A DNA stretch of 64,000 nt, taken from Amoeboaphelidium protococcarum X5. Lineage: Eukaryota; Fungi; Aphelidiomycota. Positions 12,928 through 25,838 of the stretch are shown one piece after another. The notes beneath the pieces are model-generated. The model was not told where the DNA came from. It searched no databases and saw nothing but the letters and a program-made list of their open reading frames with translations. The position numbers and the translations under genes are program-made. The DNA is taken from assembly GCA_023515725.1 (NCBI GenBank), contig JALDTO010000192.1:635437-699436 (forward strand). The letters are read 5' to 3'. The stretch's first letter is position 1, and each line of letters starts with the position of its first letter.

Positions 12928-15186
12928 ATGTCTGAGTAATTTAGTACTGGATAATAATCGTTATTAGCATAGTCTCCATCGATAGATGGGTTATTGTCTT
13001 TATTGGAAAGTCTAGGATATCATGCTTTTGCTGAATGTTTTAAAAGAGACTATTTATCTTATGATCTTTGGAGCACATATAGTTGTGACTAGTTTGAGTT
13101 GTTGCTTAGACAGTACAATGCTGATTTGACCTTGGCTTAGAAACTTTTTGATTATTTTCATAGCAATAGCAATGGCATGAAATAATCTCTATCTGATGAA
13201 GAGCTGGTAAAGAAAATGGACATGAGTAATAGAGATGCAGTTGTGGAATATATAAAAATCATATTTGAAAAGGAAGTAGGACCAAAGTGGACGCCACCTG
13301 TTGATGTTCAGTTTAAATCTAATGGGCTTGAAACTGATCTTGAGAGAAGAGTCACATCTGATGTTTATGAAAAGTTTGATGGCTTGGATGACGTGAAAAT
13401 TGCTTTAGCAGTGAGTGGAGCAGGTAAGACGCGTCTTTTACTCGAACTGCTGTACTAGTATGGAGGCTACTACTTTACTTTAGATCCTTTATCTGGTGGC
13501 ATAGGTTCTGGTGATTTGCGACATTGTAGTCTGCTTGCTGGCAGATTTACTGGTACGTATGGAACTGATATGTGACGAAAATTGATTTAGCTTCTGTATT
13601 TTGTGCGCATTCTTGTTTGCAAGTTACTGATTGAACAGTATGGCGTCAATTGTCATCCTCAGCTTCTGTTATGTCAGATGCATCCTTAAGATTATTTTGC
13701 TGGAAAAGATTTGTTCTTTTTGATTTATGAAAAGTTGACTACTTTGATGCTAAATGGGAAACGCATTTATACATAATATGTTGAAGCAGATATTGTCTTG
13801 TTCGGTGAATGCGGCTCATATCCAATATTGGCTATTGATGAGATTCAGAGGGCTCTGGACGGCGAATTCGTACACTTACTACCTAACAGCACTAATGTCA
13901 GGCCATTTTTCTCCTCTCTTATTTATCAAACTAAGGCTTTGGGGGGCTTTAGAAACGTGGTAGTGGCTGGTACTGGGATAAACTTTAATTTTGTGGAGGA
14001 ATGTCTGTCATCGGCAACATTTAAAAATATTGCGTTGAGCTATTAACTTATAACTAACTTTAAACCATTAAGCTAGCATGAAGTGAAGTATTATGCGAGG
14101 TGGTATCTCAATTATCACCGCTGTGACAATGTTGAAAGTGTCGTTTAAAGAGTTGGGGATTTTAGACTTTGCCATGGTCGGGCTAGATTTATCGCGTTTA
14201 TCTTGGATGAGTATTTGAGATTGTAAGACATTGACCAAGTTCTTGCTGCATTCATGCTAGGTATAACTTAGGTTGAGTCTCCTACATTTCCATTGAAATA
14301 TTTTGTCTAAGATATGAAAGCTTAAAGGGATCCTCTCATTCGTCATCTTGGCAATGAAACTATGTATTCTTTACTATCCAACGCGTTGTTCTCATACGTT
14401 TTAACTGGAAGAGCAAGAATGATTTTGCAACAAAGCGAGATGTCTGAAATAGTGCGGTGCGGATTGGGCTTTGTTGTCAGTGGGTAGTTGGGCCCTGTTA
14501 CCTCTGTGGATATCCTTGAAGACGCCGTCATTGAGTGTCTGCGCTATTTCATACCATTTAGCAGCATTGTTTATGAACTTTCCAAATAAGTGGGTATATT
14601 ACCTCAGCCTGCATCTGTTGGTTACATGTTTGAATATTTTGTCGCTTTTGCTTTAGTGGCCAATTTTGCTGGTGATGCCGCCTTGCTGTAGCGTCTTAAT
14701 GTGTGCAATCACTCCATTGATTCGTATTTGTTGCAGACTAACAAATTTGACGGTAGTAAAGTGTTTTTTCCAGATCACATGATGGGGCCTGACATCATTT
14801 ACCGCTGTGTTGCGAAAAAGATTGTGTATATTGTGCAGGTAAAGTTTGTTAACAAAATATCTAAGCAAGAGCTTGCAAATGCTTGGGACACTACTGATGT
14901 GAACAAGTTTAATTGCAAGCGTGGGACCTGTGAAGTTTTGAAGGGATTTTCCAGCAGTCGCCAAGAGCTATTGAGTTGTATCAATTACGTTCAATAATTT
15001 GGTTATAAGATTGAGAGATTGCTGGTAGTTCATTCAGGCTAGAATATTCCGAATTCAGATGGTGATGATGATAATGTCACTATCATATCCAAGACAAGTG
15101 CGCCTAGTTACTTCAGTGCTATTGGAGAGCTTGACGTTTGGAGATTACTTGACTGCTAAAGACTCCGCTTCTAAATGCAGAATTGA
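12928..15186 (+). pseudogene. Crinkler-related P-loop NTPase + PD-(D/E)xK nuclease protein (~750 codons) with one in-frame TGA at 13573-13575
   Basis: Walker A AVSGAGKTRLLLE, GIGSGDL, Walker B ILAIDEIQ, VVVAGTG, HGRARF, GYMFEY and nuclease-like FPDHMMGPDII...IVQVKF. A single frame, broken only by TGA 13573. Confidence 0.7.
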
Positions 15187-15849
15187 TACACTTTAGGTGT
15201 GAAAGTAAAAATAAAGTAATGATAGTTGAGTCTATTAAACCGTTCAGCATACCAGAAAGTCCATTATTTATTGGTGATACCATCTCTGGTTTATCGTAAT
15301 CTTGATAGCTATCTTCGCAGCGGAAAGTTAGAACTATGTCGCTTAATGTGTAGTTGATTCAGCATAGTCAGTAAGTGAGACTTACCACTTTGTACCGCGT
15401 CAAAGCTATCAGCGATTACAATTTCTCTACCGCCCAAATTAGCAATACCCTGCATACCAAGACATGCATTTAAAATTGATGTGCGATCACCGCTGTCACT
15501 GGCTTGTTACATCAACACGCGACGACCAGTCTCACTTGAAACTGCACTGTAACAACTAGAAAAGATACGGCGACAAGATTTCAATAGAATCACAATATAC
15601 AGCACATAAAATATCCATCCCAATTAGATTTAGCAATCAGCTCTTAATCAGGCCCGGAAAAATGTCGAATGCAGTTTGGATGCATAAGGAACAACATCCG
15701 ACTTCTTTGATTTCATTCACTCTTACATTTTACATTTTCAAACTTGTAGCTTTTTTATCCGCGAATTAAGTTATTTGATTCTAATCTAGCAATATATATA
15801 TCTTTAGGAGGTTCAATACACATACTGGAGGTTTAATAAATACTGATCT

Positions 15850-18630
15850 ATGATGGATGTGAATTTATTAAATTAGTTGGGATACAAGTTGCTCTTGGAC
15901 GAGTCGTATTATCGCACCACTGTAGAAAGGGGTAACTAGTTGGAGTTATAGAACGCTATTGATGCTCTCATTCACCTTCTCGACTTATCGTTATAGCCAT
16001 AAAAGTTTATAGAACTAGATAATTTGGTATAATCTTTGAGTACGCGTTAAAAGTTGTTATGTGGGCGGATATTTTAATTATACCAATGTCTACAAGTAAA
16101 GTCTGATGTTATTAGGCGTTATTGTAAATCCACGTCGTTCTGGCTGGTTTTTGCCAACTAGTTATCATTGAACGAAGATTATCTACATCATAGTCATCTT
16201 GATTATCAAGGGGAGCTAAAGTGGCCTTAATCTAAGACTGCTATAGTTTATCATTTGCTTAGATTATCGAATTAAAGAGTGTCTCCTGAATCGCAAGACT
16301 CGTCATTCTAGTGGTTATTGAAAGCCTTAGTGCTGATCTCTAAATTCGATTCGTTATTAATGTAAACAGTCTGCGAAATTCTGATATAGTATTGTGAAAG
16401 TACGCGTAATTTAGATTCTCTGCGTTCTCTTTATGAGAGTATTTTTACTGAAATTCCGGATGGTAATACAGATTCCACCGCTGATAATATAGGTCCTCGA
16501 CATTTTGTTTATATCAGACTCAAGTTTACCACCGCTTTGAAAAACATTTGTATGACCTTGTCTTAACAAGATAATAATACGGAGATCAGGCCGAGGCGGT
16601 TATATCATAAGATCATAAACTGTATTGAGTAGAAGAAGCGCGATGAAGTGTTTATATAGTTTGTGGATTGCCTCTTGTACTGTCCAGACAAATGCCGATA
16701 TAAAGTCAAGATGGATTTATAGTTTATTGTTGATATCCAAAGTATCGATATGGATTGCCCACTTGACTTTAAATAGGATGTTGAATAATCTTTGCTATTT
16801 GCTGATTTATTGACTTAAACAATGCCAGGGGATTCCGTTCGATTTCTTGCCATGCTGCCGTTGTAGTTTATAAAGCAGGATGCATTGGACAAGTTCAGAC
16901 CAAGATTGATGAGGCTGTTACAAGCTAAGTTGGTATAGAACGTGTCTGTATTAAATTACATTCGGCAAATTTATATAGTGTTTGGTTGTATTTTGGGTTA
17001 ATCCTATGATGATTAGATCACGTAGATTTGGTGGATGGATAATGTTCCTTCTAACAAGAACAAGATTCTGTTTACTCAACTACGGGTGTATCTGGTTTGT
17101 ATAATTCGGCAAGACCATTAATCTTTAGACATCAACCATTTGGAAAAGCTATCAATGTAAGTTGATTATATCACAACCGATTAGTAATAATAAGCGAGTC
17201 TGATGGTGGCTTTGTGCAAATATATGAGCGGGAACGGGCCTAAAGAGTGGGATTTGAGTTAGCTGATACCTGCATTCTATAAGCTTCAAGATATGTAGAA
17301 ATCTGATGGAATGGATGATGGCTTAGAATCCCGTCTGAGCTTTTGGACCAAGTTAAGTGAGCTGACTCTGTTGGTTCATGTCTTTAATAATCCTGATATT
17401 GATTATGTTAAAAATGTCGATGATGATGATAATGATTACTTTAATATACTGAATGCCAATGTAAGGTAGATTGCTCAGTCTTTATCTAAACTGGCGCGAG
17501 ATGTTGAAGTAGAGGAAGGGGAGGACGAGGATATGTAGTTGTAATCCATGAAATCTGATACCGATCTAAGTGATGGCCTAGATGCTTGTTTGAGTCTGGA
17601 TGGTGATTATTTGAGTGAACTCTTGATTTTGCTTACTAGCACTTAATTACATAATATTTTGCGATAGTTGGATTCATTATATCCAGTTGATATACTTGGT
17701 TAGGTGGACGCGATTCTCTTGCATGGTGGAGGAGATTTATTATCAGATGTAAGAGTCAAATAAAGTACATCACTTTTGATGTATCACGCTTTGCTTGTAC
17801 TAATCCAACGGATGAAACTAGATATAAAGTGTTCATGGACTGTGAAAAAGGAAGCTGAGCTGTCTGTTCTATATTCTCAGCTGTCTAAAGTTTGCTTACA
17901 TCGAAGCATGGAACGCGAGGCTTTACATCTCTCACACGCTGCACTGCTCTCACTCTTACAGTAGGATGCCTTGTAATCTAGTCTAGCAGATTTACTATGT
18001 CTTAATCTTACAGTTCTCTTTTACTGTTTCTACTAGTGGAAAGAGTACTTGTTGTGTGTAATTGTAATTTAGCACTTGAAGAATCACTGTGGCAAAGAGT
18101 TGTAAGATAAGGTGGATCAAAGGTTTACGGAGCGTCTGCTGATGCTTGCAGTTAATGAGAAGAAAGTCTCATAGAGTATGCTCAAGTTCCTGCACGATAA
18201 GAATGCCCTAGAATTTCTCTGGTACCACTTTCCGTACTTATCCAATGGCTTACATGGTAATGTACGTTGTGTATCTCCCGGTGATCTAGTCCTCTTCCTC
18301 TAATCTGAAGTATTCGACTTGTTCATTTCTTGACTTTTTGGTATCAGGCCTATCAGTCTAAATGGTGTACAGCAATAGGAGTTTTATTAGCTATTAAGAA
18401 TCTAAATAGATGGCACTTTAATAAATTTACATAGTCTTTAATCACTATCAAGTTTCGTTCATAATCCATGCACTTACTACAGTCAGCGCCTTAAAATCAC
18501 AGCGTTTTCACTCTTAACAATGTTCAAAGCAATATCCAGCCAGGTTCATAATCAAGGTGATCTAGTCAATTTAAAGCATTTTAGACTTGATATCCACCTA
18601 ATTGTTAACCATGTCTAAAGACTTGAGTGA
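15850..18630 (+). CDS. Large Leu-rich helical hypothetical protein; ends at TGA 18331-18333, or at 18630 if 18310-18372 is an intron
   Basis: About 827 codons without TGA from ATG 15850; the frame stays open a further 99 codons after TGA 18331. No family recognised. Confidence 0.65.
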
Positions 18631-20044
18631 ATAAATCGATAGCCTACTAAACATCCTCAGCCCCACAACACTCTCTAATACTGTGCATACTCAGCATCGC
18701 ATTTCCCACATCCACAGTCTATACACCCATCTTGGTGGATAGAATAGGTCCTATAGTACTTCCACATGGAGAGTCGTTGCGCACCACAAACTCTTATAGC
18801 TTTAAAGACTTATTATTATTACCACCATTTGATGCAATCTTCTTGTTGTAATCCTGCGCAATCTGCTTAAGAATTGAAGACCCGATACTAGTAGTGGCAT
18901 ATCTCTGATTAGCATTAATCTTGATAGTCACACCTTCATTCATTACGGGCTAGTGATTCTGCTCATGTTTATCAGCATAATTTGGATGTATCGCATGAGC
19001 CATATCTGCAGAGATTAGTAAAGAACTTGCCATACAACGAGATAATGCAGATTCAACACTTCCCACACTCGACGAGTCTTTAGAAGAGGCAAAAGATGAG
19101 ACAATTCTATCCAAAACTGAAGGTAAAAAATTGGAATTGGCACCATAAGCAGAATCAGAACCAACCTCCTCATTATCGAATAAAATGACCATAGATATTC
19201 CACACTCATTCGATTGATCACCACCTGCACTATTCAGCAATGCCTCTACAGCACAGTAACTCATCATCAGATTATCCAATCTAGGACTGAATATGAACTC
19301 ATTCTTCAAACCACCTAGTCTAGCAGGAACTGTATCATGTAGACACAGTTCAAAATCAACAATCTAATTCATAGTCTTCAGTTGCAACTTCTCAGTAATT
19401 AATGACAGTAAAGCCTCATGATGACTTTTACGAATATCTGACCCACTATCATCATTAGTCACCTTACCACCGTCATTCTACTACGACACCCTATTTAACA
19501 GAATAGGCTATAACTGAGATTCATCATTAAATTTAAAAGACTCCTTCACTGTTCTATCCAAATGAATGGCCAGAGTTGGTATACGCATAATGGCATCATT
19601 ACCAAAGCTCACCAACCTGGATTCCAACTTTTCATCAGCACCACTCTTGACAACTACACGACCACTCATGGATAAATCTCTATCAAACCAAGTGTGCCAT
19701 AAACCGCCACCATACGTCTAAACACCAACCAAGCCATATCCGGAAGCAACTTTCCGACTACGAGGCTTCACCTTGAGACATGGAGAGTCGGTGTGCGCAA
19801 CGACAATGCCAAGCGAGCCACACTTATCCTTGTTAATCTGGAAACCACTTCCAATCTTGAACGCAATCACAGATGACTAATTTCTAGTAACAAAGTACGA
19901 CTTGCCAGCCTATAACTGCCAATCCGCACCACCCTCTGATAGTTGTTAGAAATTGGCAGACAGCAGCCTCTTCTTCACATTATCCACAGCATGGAACGGC
20001 GAGTAACTAGTAGATAAAAATTCTAAGCAATCTTGAATCGTCAT
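18566..20044 (-). CDS. APE4: Aspartyl aminopeptidase (M18 family)
   Basis: SPFHAV, AHTDSPCLKVKP, TYGGGLWHTWFDRDL, PRLDNL, FDNEEVGS, SADMAHAIHPNY, CGSTIGPI, SMHSIRE. Confidence 0.95.
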
Positions 20045-20545
20045 ATTTCTTCTCTTTAACATTCAACTTTATCACTACTGTACAATCGATGAAATCTTAA
20101 GTTTCCAGTAGGTACTTTGATAGCAGGTACAAGTTAACAGCTAAAGCAAAACAAGTCAACAGCTGAACGGAATGGGCGAAGAGAAGAAAAGAGCCTCGCG
20201 ACTCAAAAACTCGCATTTGGTCAAATAAGGAGCTGCTTTGGTAGTCAGTCAGTCAGTCACCTACTAGCATCAATCACCTTAATTATACATTGGATGGAAC
20301 ATTTTAGATAGGGCCATCTTAGATAGAGCTTTGTGAAGCCATCTGTTATAGTTATGTTGTAAAGCAGTATTTTGGCAGTTTTGACTATCAGCACTCCTGA
20401 CAGGGGTTGTAGTATTACAGTACAAAGGGGCGATTCAATGATCGATATTTATACCAGTTAAAATGGCTGATCTACCGCTCATCTTGCTTTGCTTCTTAAT
20501 AACTTTATAAGTCATTTCAAATTAGTAGTAAGTTGTAGGAAATAC

Positions 20546-21726
20546 ATGATGAAGTTTATGATATTGAGTGTCGCGTATGGTTTGATTTTGGTTACAGCGG
20601 GTCGCGCTATTGGACAATACACCGATTGTATCTGATACTGGCGTTGAGGAACTGCCAGTCGATTCTTATGATAATGAAATTCAATTTGAAACTTTTGGCG
20701 GTGATGTTGCAGATAATGGATTTGATTTTGCAGGTGAAGATACCCGTGGTGAAGATTTTTTGCTGATTAAAGAAATCTAAAGGATGCTGTGGAATAAATG
20801 ACCGCCGCTGTTGCCTCTAATGATCTTGCACTGTACAAGTAGGCATGGTTCAGTGTCAAGTATGATACCTGGGGTGAAACTTCACCTGTATTCCTACAGG
20901 CTTGCTCATAGGGACGCGTCGAGATGGTATAATTTGCTCTGAGTGAACAGAAGCCTGCAGGTAATCGCGGCGTAAACATATATTTGGGTAGATACAATAT
21001 GGAGCAGTGCTTCGACCGGGCTTTATAAACTGGATAGTCATCAATATTGAGTTTATTGCTGGAGTACTCTGAAGACATGAGTGTGGTATTTAGTATCTGG
21101 ACGTAGAAGGCTTTGAGGGGGAATGATGCGCGTCCTATTCAGTTTTTGTATGAGGCCGCCTACTTCAGGGACAACATGTTGAGTAGTTACATCAGTCAAG
21201 TGGTAAAGTCTCCAACCCATGCAAATACTTTATTAGATTTGATGGATATATACCCGCCTCAATAATATGTTTTTGATTTATTGTGGGACAAGCTGAAACA
21301 GGAGCTATCGTTAAATCTTCTGTCTCTGCTATTGAATTTCCCAGTGTCTGATGTGAACATGTAAACGGGATTAACGAGATTTTGAATGAGGAATTGTTTC
21401 GTCCTCTGGCAGACGCTGGCAAGGTGGCTCAATTGTTCAAATTAATTATTAGTAGGAACGTTTTGCCTGCTTCTGATATTCTGTAGTACTTTTAGTTGGC
21501 GGCGTTGGGCGGTAATGAGAGTATCATATTCAGTATTGGGTATTCGCCAGCCGTTACGCGATGGGATATTCGCCAAATTATAAAAGCTTTGCCTAAATCT
21601 AAGGATTCACCTCGTAAGATTCTCATGCAGCTTTTGAAGACGAAGCCAAGAAGATCTTTATGGCGGTGGTTGAAGGATTTAAAACTGCACCAGAGAATGA
21701 AGAATTGGTTCAGTCGTTCGCCATGA
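20546..21726 (+). pseudogene. Secreted ankyrin-like helical protein, paralog A, with about 3 frameshifts (~20600, ~20760, ~21358)
   Basis: Signal-peptide-like MMKFMILSVAYGLILVTA. The joined translation is collinear with the gene at 21985-23061 (e.g. FLQACSQGRVEMV, QCFDRAL, FLYEAAY, YPP, YFQLA, IGYSP). Confidence 0.65.
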
Positions 21727-21984
21727 TAGGAATTCTCTATTATATAATAATGTTTAAGAATTTAGAATATACATAGGATATTTTATTTTATGAGCGGTCA
21801 AATTTTACTTAATGTAAGCTCTTTTCAGCTTAGAGTAGACACAGCGTGTCAGGTTCGTAGTTTCATGATTGGATGCTGCCTCAAGGTTGCAGTCTCCATG
21901 CATCTCGTGTGAATTATCTCAACAAAATCACCGAAACTATTTTCTTTGTATAATGCAATACATCTGATAATATAGATAGGCATC

Positions 21985-23061
21985 ATGTTTTATCAAAGAG
22001 ATATTTTGATCTTGATGCTGGTATTCATAGCGATTATTGCTTGGAAATCGGGTGTTGATGCTACCGAAACGTTGTTGCCTGAGAGAGAATCCATTATTTA
22101 CAAGGACGGATGGCGTTAGGAAATAAATTATAAACAACCTGTAGATCAACTGACATCTTCCTTAATAAACAGTGAGAATATTCGCGCCTTAAAAGCTGCG
22201 ATAACATAGAATGATATTGCATTGTTTCAAGAAGCTTGGGTGCCTGGTGATCCTCAGCTGGTGATGAAGTTGACTCCTTCGTTACTTAAAGCGTGCAAAT
22301 AAGGACAGAGAGAAATAATAGCAATCGTCGTCTAAAAGTTCTAGGGCGCATAACAGTCATCTGCCAATTAGTTTGCTTAGTTTAGACGACAATGCTTTGA
22401 TCAGGCTGTTGAATCTGCCTAACCAGAAGTGATAACATAGTTGATGCTCGTTGAAGACCTTCATTCGTAAGATTTGACGTCCTTGTTGGCACATCTCAAA
22501 CTGCAAGTCGTGCAGGCTTCACTTTCAGAAGACTTGGATAAGATTCGTCTATTCTACTAGGCAGCTTATCCCATCGACAGTCTGTTAAGTTAAGTTTTGC
22601 CGATTCTCGCTGTGTTGGAGGATTTGCCGATATTAAGGTCTTTATTTGAGAACTATCCGCCAACTGAACGATTTCTTAATATCTTGTGGCAGTTGGTAGA
22701 CCCTGAACACGTTGAATTATTGCCACTATTGCTAGAACAACCCATGGTTGAATAGAATATCAAGACTTTCAAACGTGTAATGGCTGCTTACATGGGCGGA
22801 CCTCAAGTTGAAGCTCGGTCTGCTGTGGCGATATTTAGAGCAGCTTTATAGCAGGAGCTTTTATCTAAGGGAGAAATTTTAATGTACTTTCGGTAGGCTG
22901 TGCAGAAATAGTCTGTTTCCCTTATTGTGGTTATCGGAAAGTCACCACACATAACAGCAGAGGAATGCAAATAGGAAAAGGGCCATTTTATGCTTGTTAA
23001 ACGTCCTAAAATATGGAATGCCTTATCGTGGTTGATACATTAAAAATTAAAATCTTAATGA
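21985..23061 (+). CDS. Secreted ankyrin-like helical protein, paralog B (358 aa), candidate effector
   Basis: Signal peptide MFYQRDILILMLVFIAIIAWKSGVDA; open to TGA 23059-23061; degenerate ankyrin-like units LLKACKQGQREII and CFDQAVESAQPEVITQLM. Confidence 0.8.
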
Positions 23062-23345
23062 ATAAAAGTTGACATCCAAAAGTATAGGTTGATCTTAGAA
23101 CTAGTAGTCGTTCTGAAGTTTTTTTGAATGCCTTGGCTTGGCATGCAGATAACGGCAAGTATGACGCGTTCAATTGTCGAATCTTTGCTCTTATATCTTA
23201 ATAGAACCGACATAAATTCTACAGTGATACACAAATACCCCATTGTTTAGTTTTGCGAATCAAGGGGGATCATTTTGAGGCACAAGATCTGAGAGAGTTT
23301 TTTCACTTTTCCTGCTGTTTTTCAATTGATCCATAGCATAAAATT

Positions 23346-23828
23346 ATGGAATCGAATAAGCGAAAATTCCAAGAGCTGGATGCTGATAATGAGGCCCCGG
23401 TTGGAAAGGAATCTTACAATTAAACAGACGATGCGGGCGTTTAGCATGTCAACTGCGAAGATCACGAATTCTCCATAGATAGAAAAGGAAAAGGCAAAGC
23501 TAGAATGATTCTAGATCCAGAAGCATCACAGGTGAATGAGCTTCCCGGTGATCTTGATGATCCCGATTATGTCGAGTCGGAGGACGAGGACTTTGTTCCC
23601 AGTGACGATGACGCGGATGATTATTCAGATTCGGACTCTGAAGAAGAAGGTGACTATTATTCAGGATACTAGGATTAAGATGCTTCACAAAAAGAAGAAC
23701 CCAGGGAAGATGATGATGATCAGCGAAATTTAGAAGGCGATGTTGAACGACAACAAACTCAAACAAACTAAACATAGCAAGGATCCTCAAGATCATCTTA
23801 ATCCCAAAGCTCGCGTCAATCTCAGTGA
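23346..23828 (+). CDS. Small acidic, probably nuclear, disordered protein (160 aa)
   Basis: MESNKRKFQELD..., RKGKGKA, DDPDYVESEDEDFVPSDDD; ATG 23346, TGA 23826-23828. Confidence 0.7.
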
Positions 23829-24041
23829 TTATATTTGTATTAAAGATTATTAGTACATATATTTACATCTTTTCTATTTTGGTCAAATTTAGACAGGTTA
23901 AGTTTGTATGCTCAGCGTTAACCACATGCTTGCAATGCGAAACCGAGCAGAGTTGCCATTATTGTTTCTGTTTCCGTATAGGATCGATCATCATATTGTT
24001 TGAAGCAAAACTATTGAACCTGTAGAATAAGCCCATTAATT

Positions 24042-25658
24042 ATGAAGTCTATTGCCAAGAATTTTGGAAAGTTGAATCAAGTAAGATTTTATATATATAT
24101 ATCTGATAAATGTCTAATTGAAATCTTTGCTAGTGTAGTTTGTCGGAGAAAAGGTATCATATCACAAATCTCATCAGCCATTACAACAAGACTTTTCTGG
24201 ATATAATCGTTGATATTGTAGTTTGCCGGTGCAAGTAAGCATGAAACAAGTCAAGAGTTTAAAGAGCTGGAGGCAAGGACCGAGGCTAGGAAGGATGCTA
24301 TTGAAGCTATCCTCGAAGCATCTAATGCTTATATGAAAACTCTGGAGAAGAAGAAGGAAACTGCACTGGAGAAGGGTGCCAAATAGTTGCCTGTGGAGAA
24401 CCTCGGTGGAGCGATGATCGATCATGGCTCAGATCTACCTGAAGAGTCAGAGTACGGTAAAGCTCTGCTCAAAGTGGGTGAAGCTGAGAATATGGTCGGC
24501 AAGATTCAGCAGGAGTTTGCAGCTACTGGGCGAGAATGTTTCGTTGCCAGATTGGAGGAGTACATGCAAGAGGTGAAGACGTACAAACATTTGAAAAGTA
24601 AGCTGGAGAACCGAAGATTAGATTACGATGCAAAGGTGAATCGCTTGCAGAAGAGTAAGAAGGAGAATCCCAATTTGGATGAGGAGATGCGTGCCGCCTA
24701 GCTAAAGTATGAAGAAACTTTGTAAGAGCTGGAGACTCTGATGATTTCGCTGAATGATAAAGAGTAGAATCAGTTGGACGGACTGATTTAGTTTCTTGAT
24801 GCTCAGTACGAGTATCATCAGAAGGCGGTCGATCTACTGGGCGAGTGTAAGCGCAAGTTGGCTAATAAGCAACTAGCAGGTAATAGACTGCATGGGCCAA
24901 AGAGTTTCTTCTCAGCTTCCTAATCCAGTTTGAACCAGAATATGGAAGGTGTGAAGGTAGGCGATCATCAGAGTGAGCAATACGATTCTTTTAGCAATGA
25001 GACTCCGCGCAAGGTGCCTGTAAATGGAGTTTAAATGCTGCAACCAGACGGTGGTGCTTTGTAGGTGCCGCGTCAGAATAGACTTGGTTCTGCAATGACT
25101 TACAGCACTGCTAGTGGCGGTACAACTGCTATGCCCAGTCGTCAGGTGAGTGAGTATCAGTAGGGTGAGAACGTACATCAGCGCCAAGTTCCAACAGTGC
25201 CTGAAACTAATGCTCTAAATCGTAAAATTGTCAGAGCTAATTACAGCTTTACTGCGGAGAACAAGAATGAGCTGTCTTTGAATAAAGGAGACGTGGTGAC
25301 TGTCATCCAAGAGGTGGATGAAGGTTGGTGGATTGGAGACTTGAATGGAAAGAAGGGTCTATTTCCTGCTAATTACGTCGAGGTTCTCCCTAAGTCTGTA
25401 AACGGTAGTGGATCTAACCCAAGGCTGGCCTCCACTTCTACTGAGAATCTTTAATATCAAGCAAAACCTGCAGTAAATTTTGCTAATAAGCCTAGCTTTG
25501 GCTAATCAGGAATGGCGTAGTAACCTCAGATGCCACAAAGGGATACAGGTATGCCAAGTAGGACATCTGCGGCTGCTAGTAGTAATATGACTAGATCTGG
25601 ATCATCTTTGAATCTATTGTCTTCTAATAACACTAATGCTAACAACATTACTAATTGA
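24042..25658 (+). CDS. Endophilin-like N-BAR + SH3 protein; introns 24081-24138 and 24154-24221 flank a 15-nt exon
   Basis: Spliced N-terminus MKSIAKNFGKLNQ|FVGEK|FAGASKHETSQEFKELE, BAR motif KLENRRLDYDAK, SH3 RANYSFTAENKNELSLNKGD...GWWIG...GLFPANYV. Confidence 0.88.
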
Positions 25659-25838
25659 GGACATGCTGCATGATGTGCTGATGGTTTGTGTGATGAGATT
25701 ATTGAGTATGTATTTAAAACTGACCAATGCAACAACTGCTTACATTAACATTGACGTGTGACATGTAGTTCTACTATAAATGGTAATGTCTGATCAGAAA
25801 TGAGACGAGATGATAAAATTGAATTTAAGCTTCATAAT

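Noticed and set aside
13553-13590. GTACGT...TTTAG as an intron removing the Crinkler-gene TGA
   Set aside because: At 38 nt it would shift the frame into an early stop and is shorter than the other introns; the protein motifs continue in the unspliced frame.
15187-15645. Minus-strand TGA-free frame downstream of the Crinkler gene
   Set aside because: It has no convincing start or recognisable motif, and long open frames are expected by chance with a single stop codon.
13573-25673. General recoding of TGA as a sense codon (all three stops reassigned)
   Set aside because: Internal TGAs were seen only in accessory or decaying sequence or in a possible intron. No conserved core domain contains one, and TGA terminates nearly all recognisable genes.
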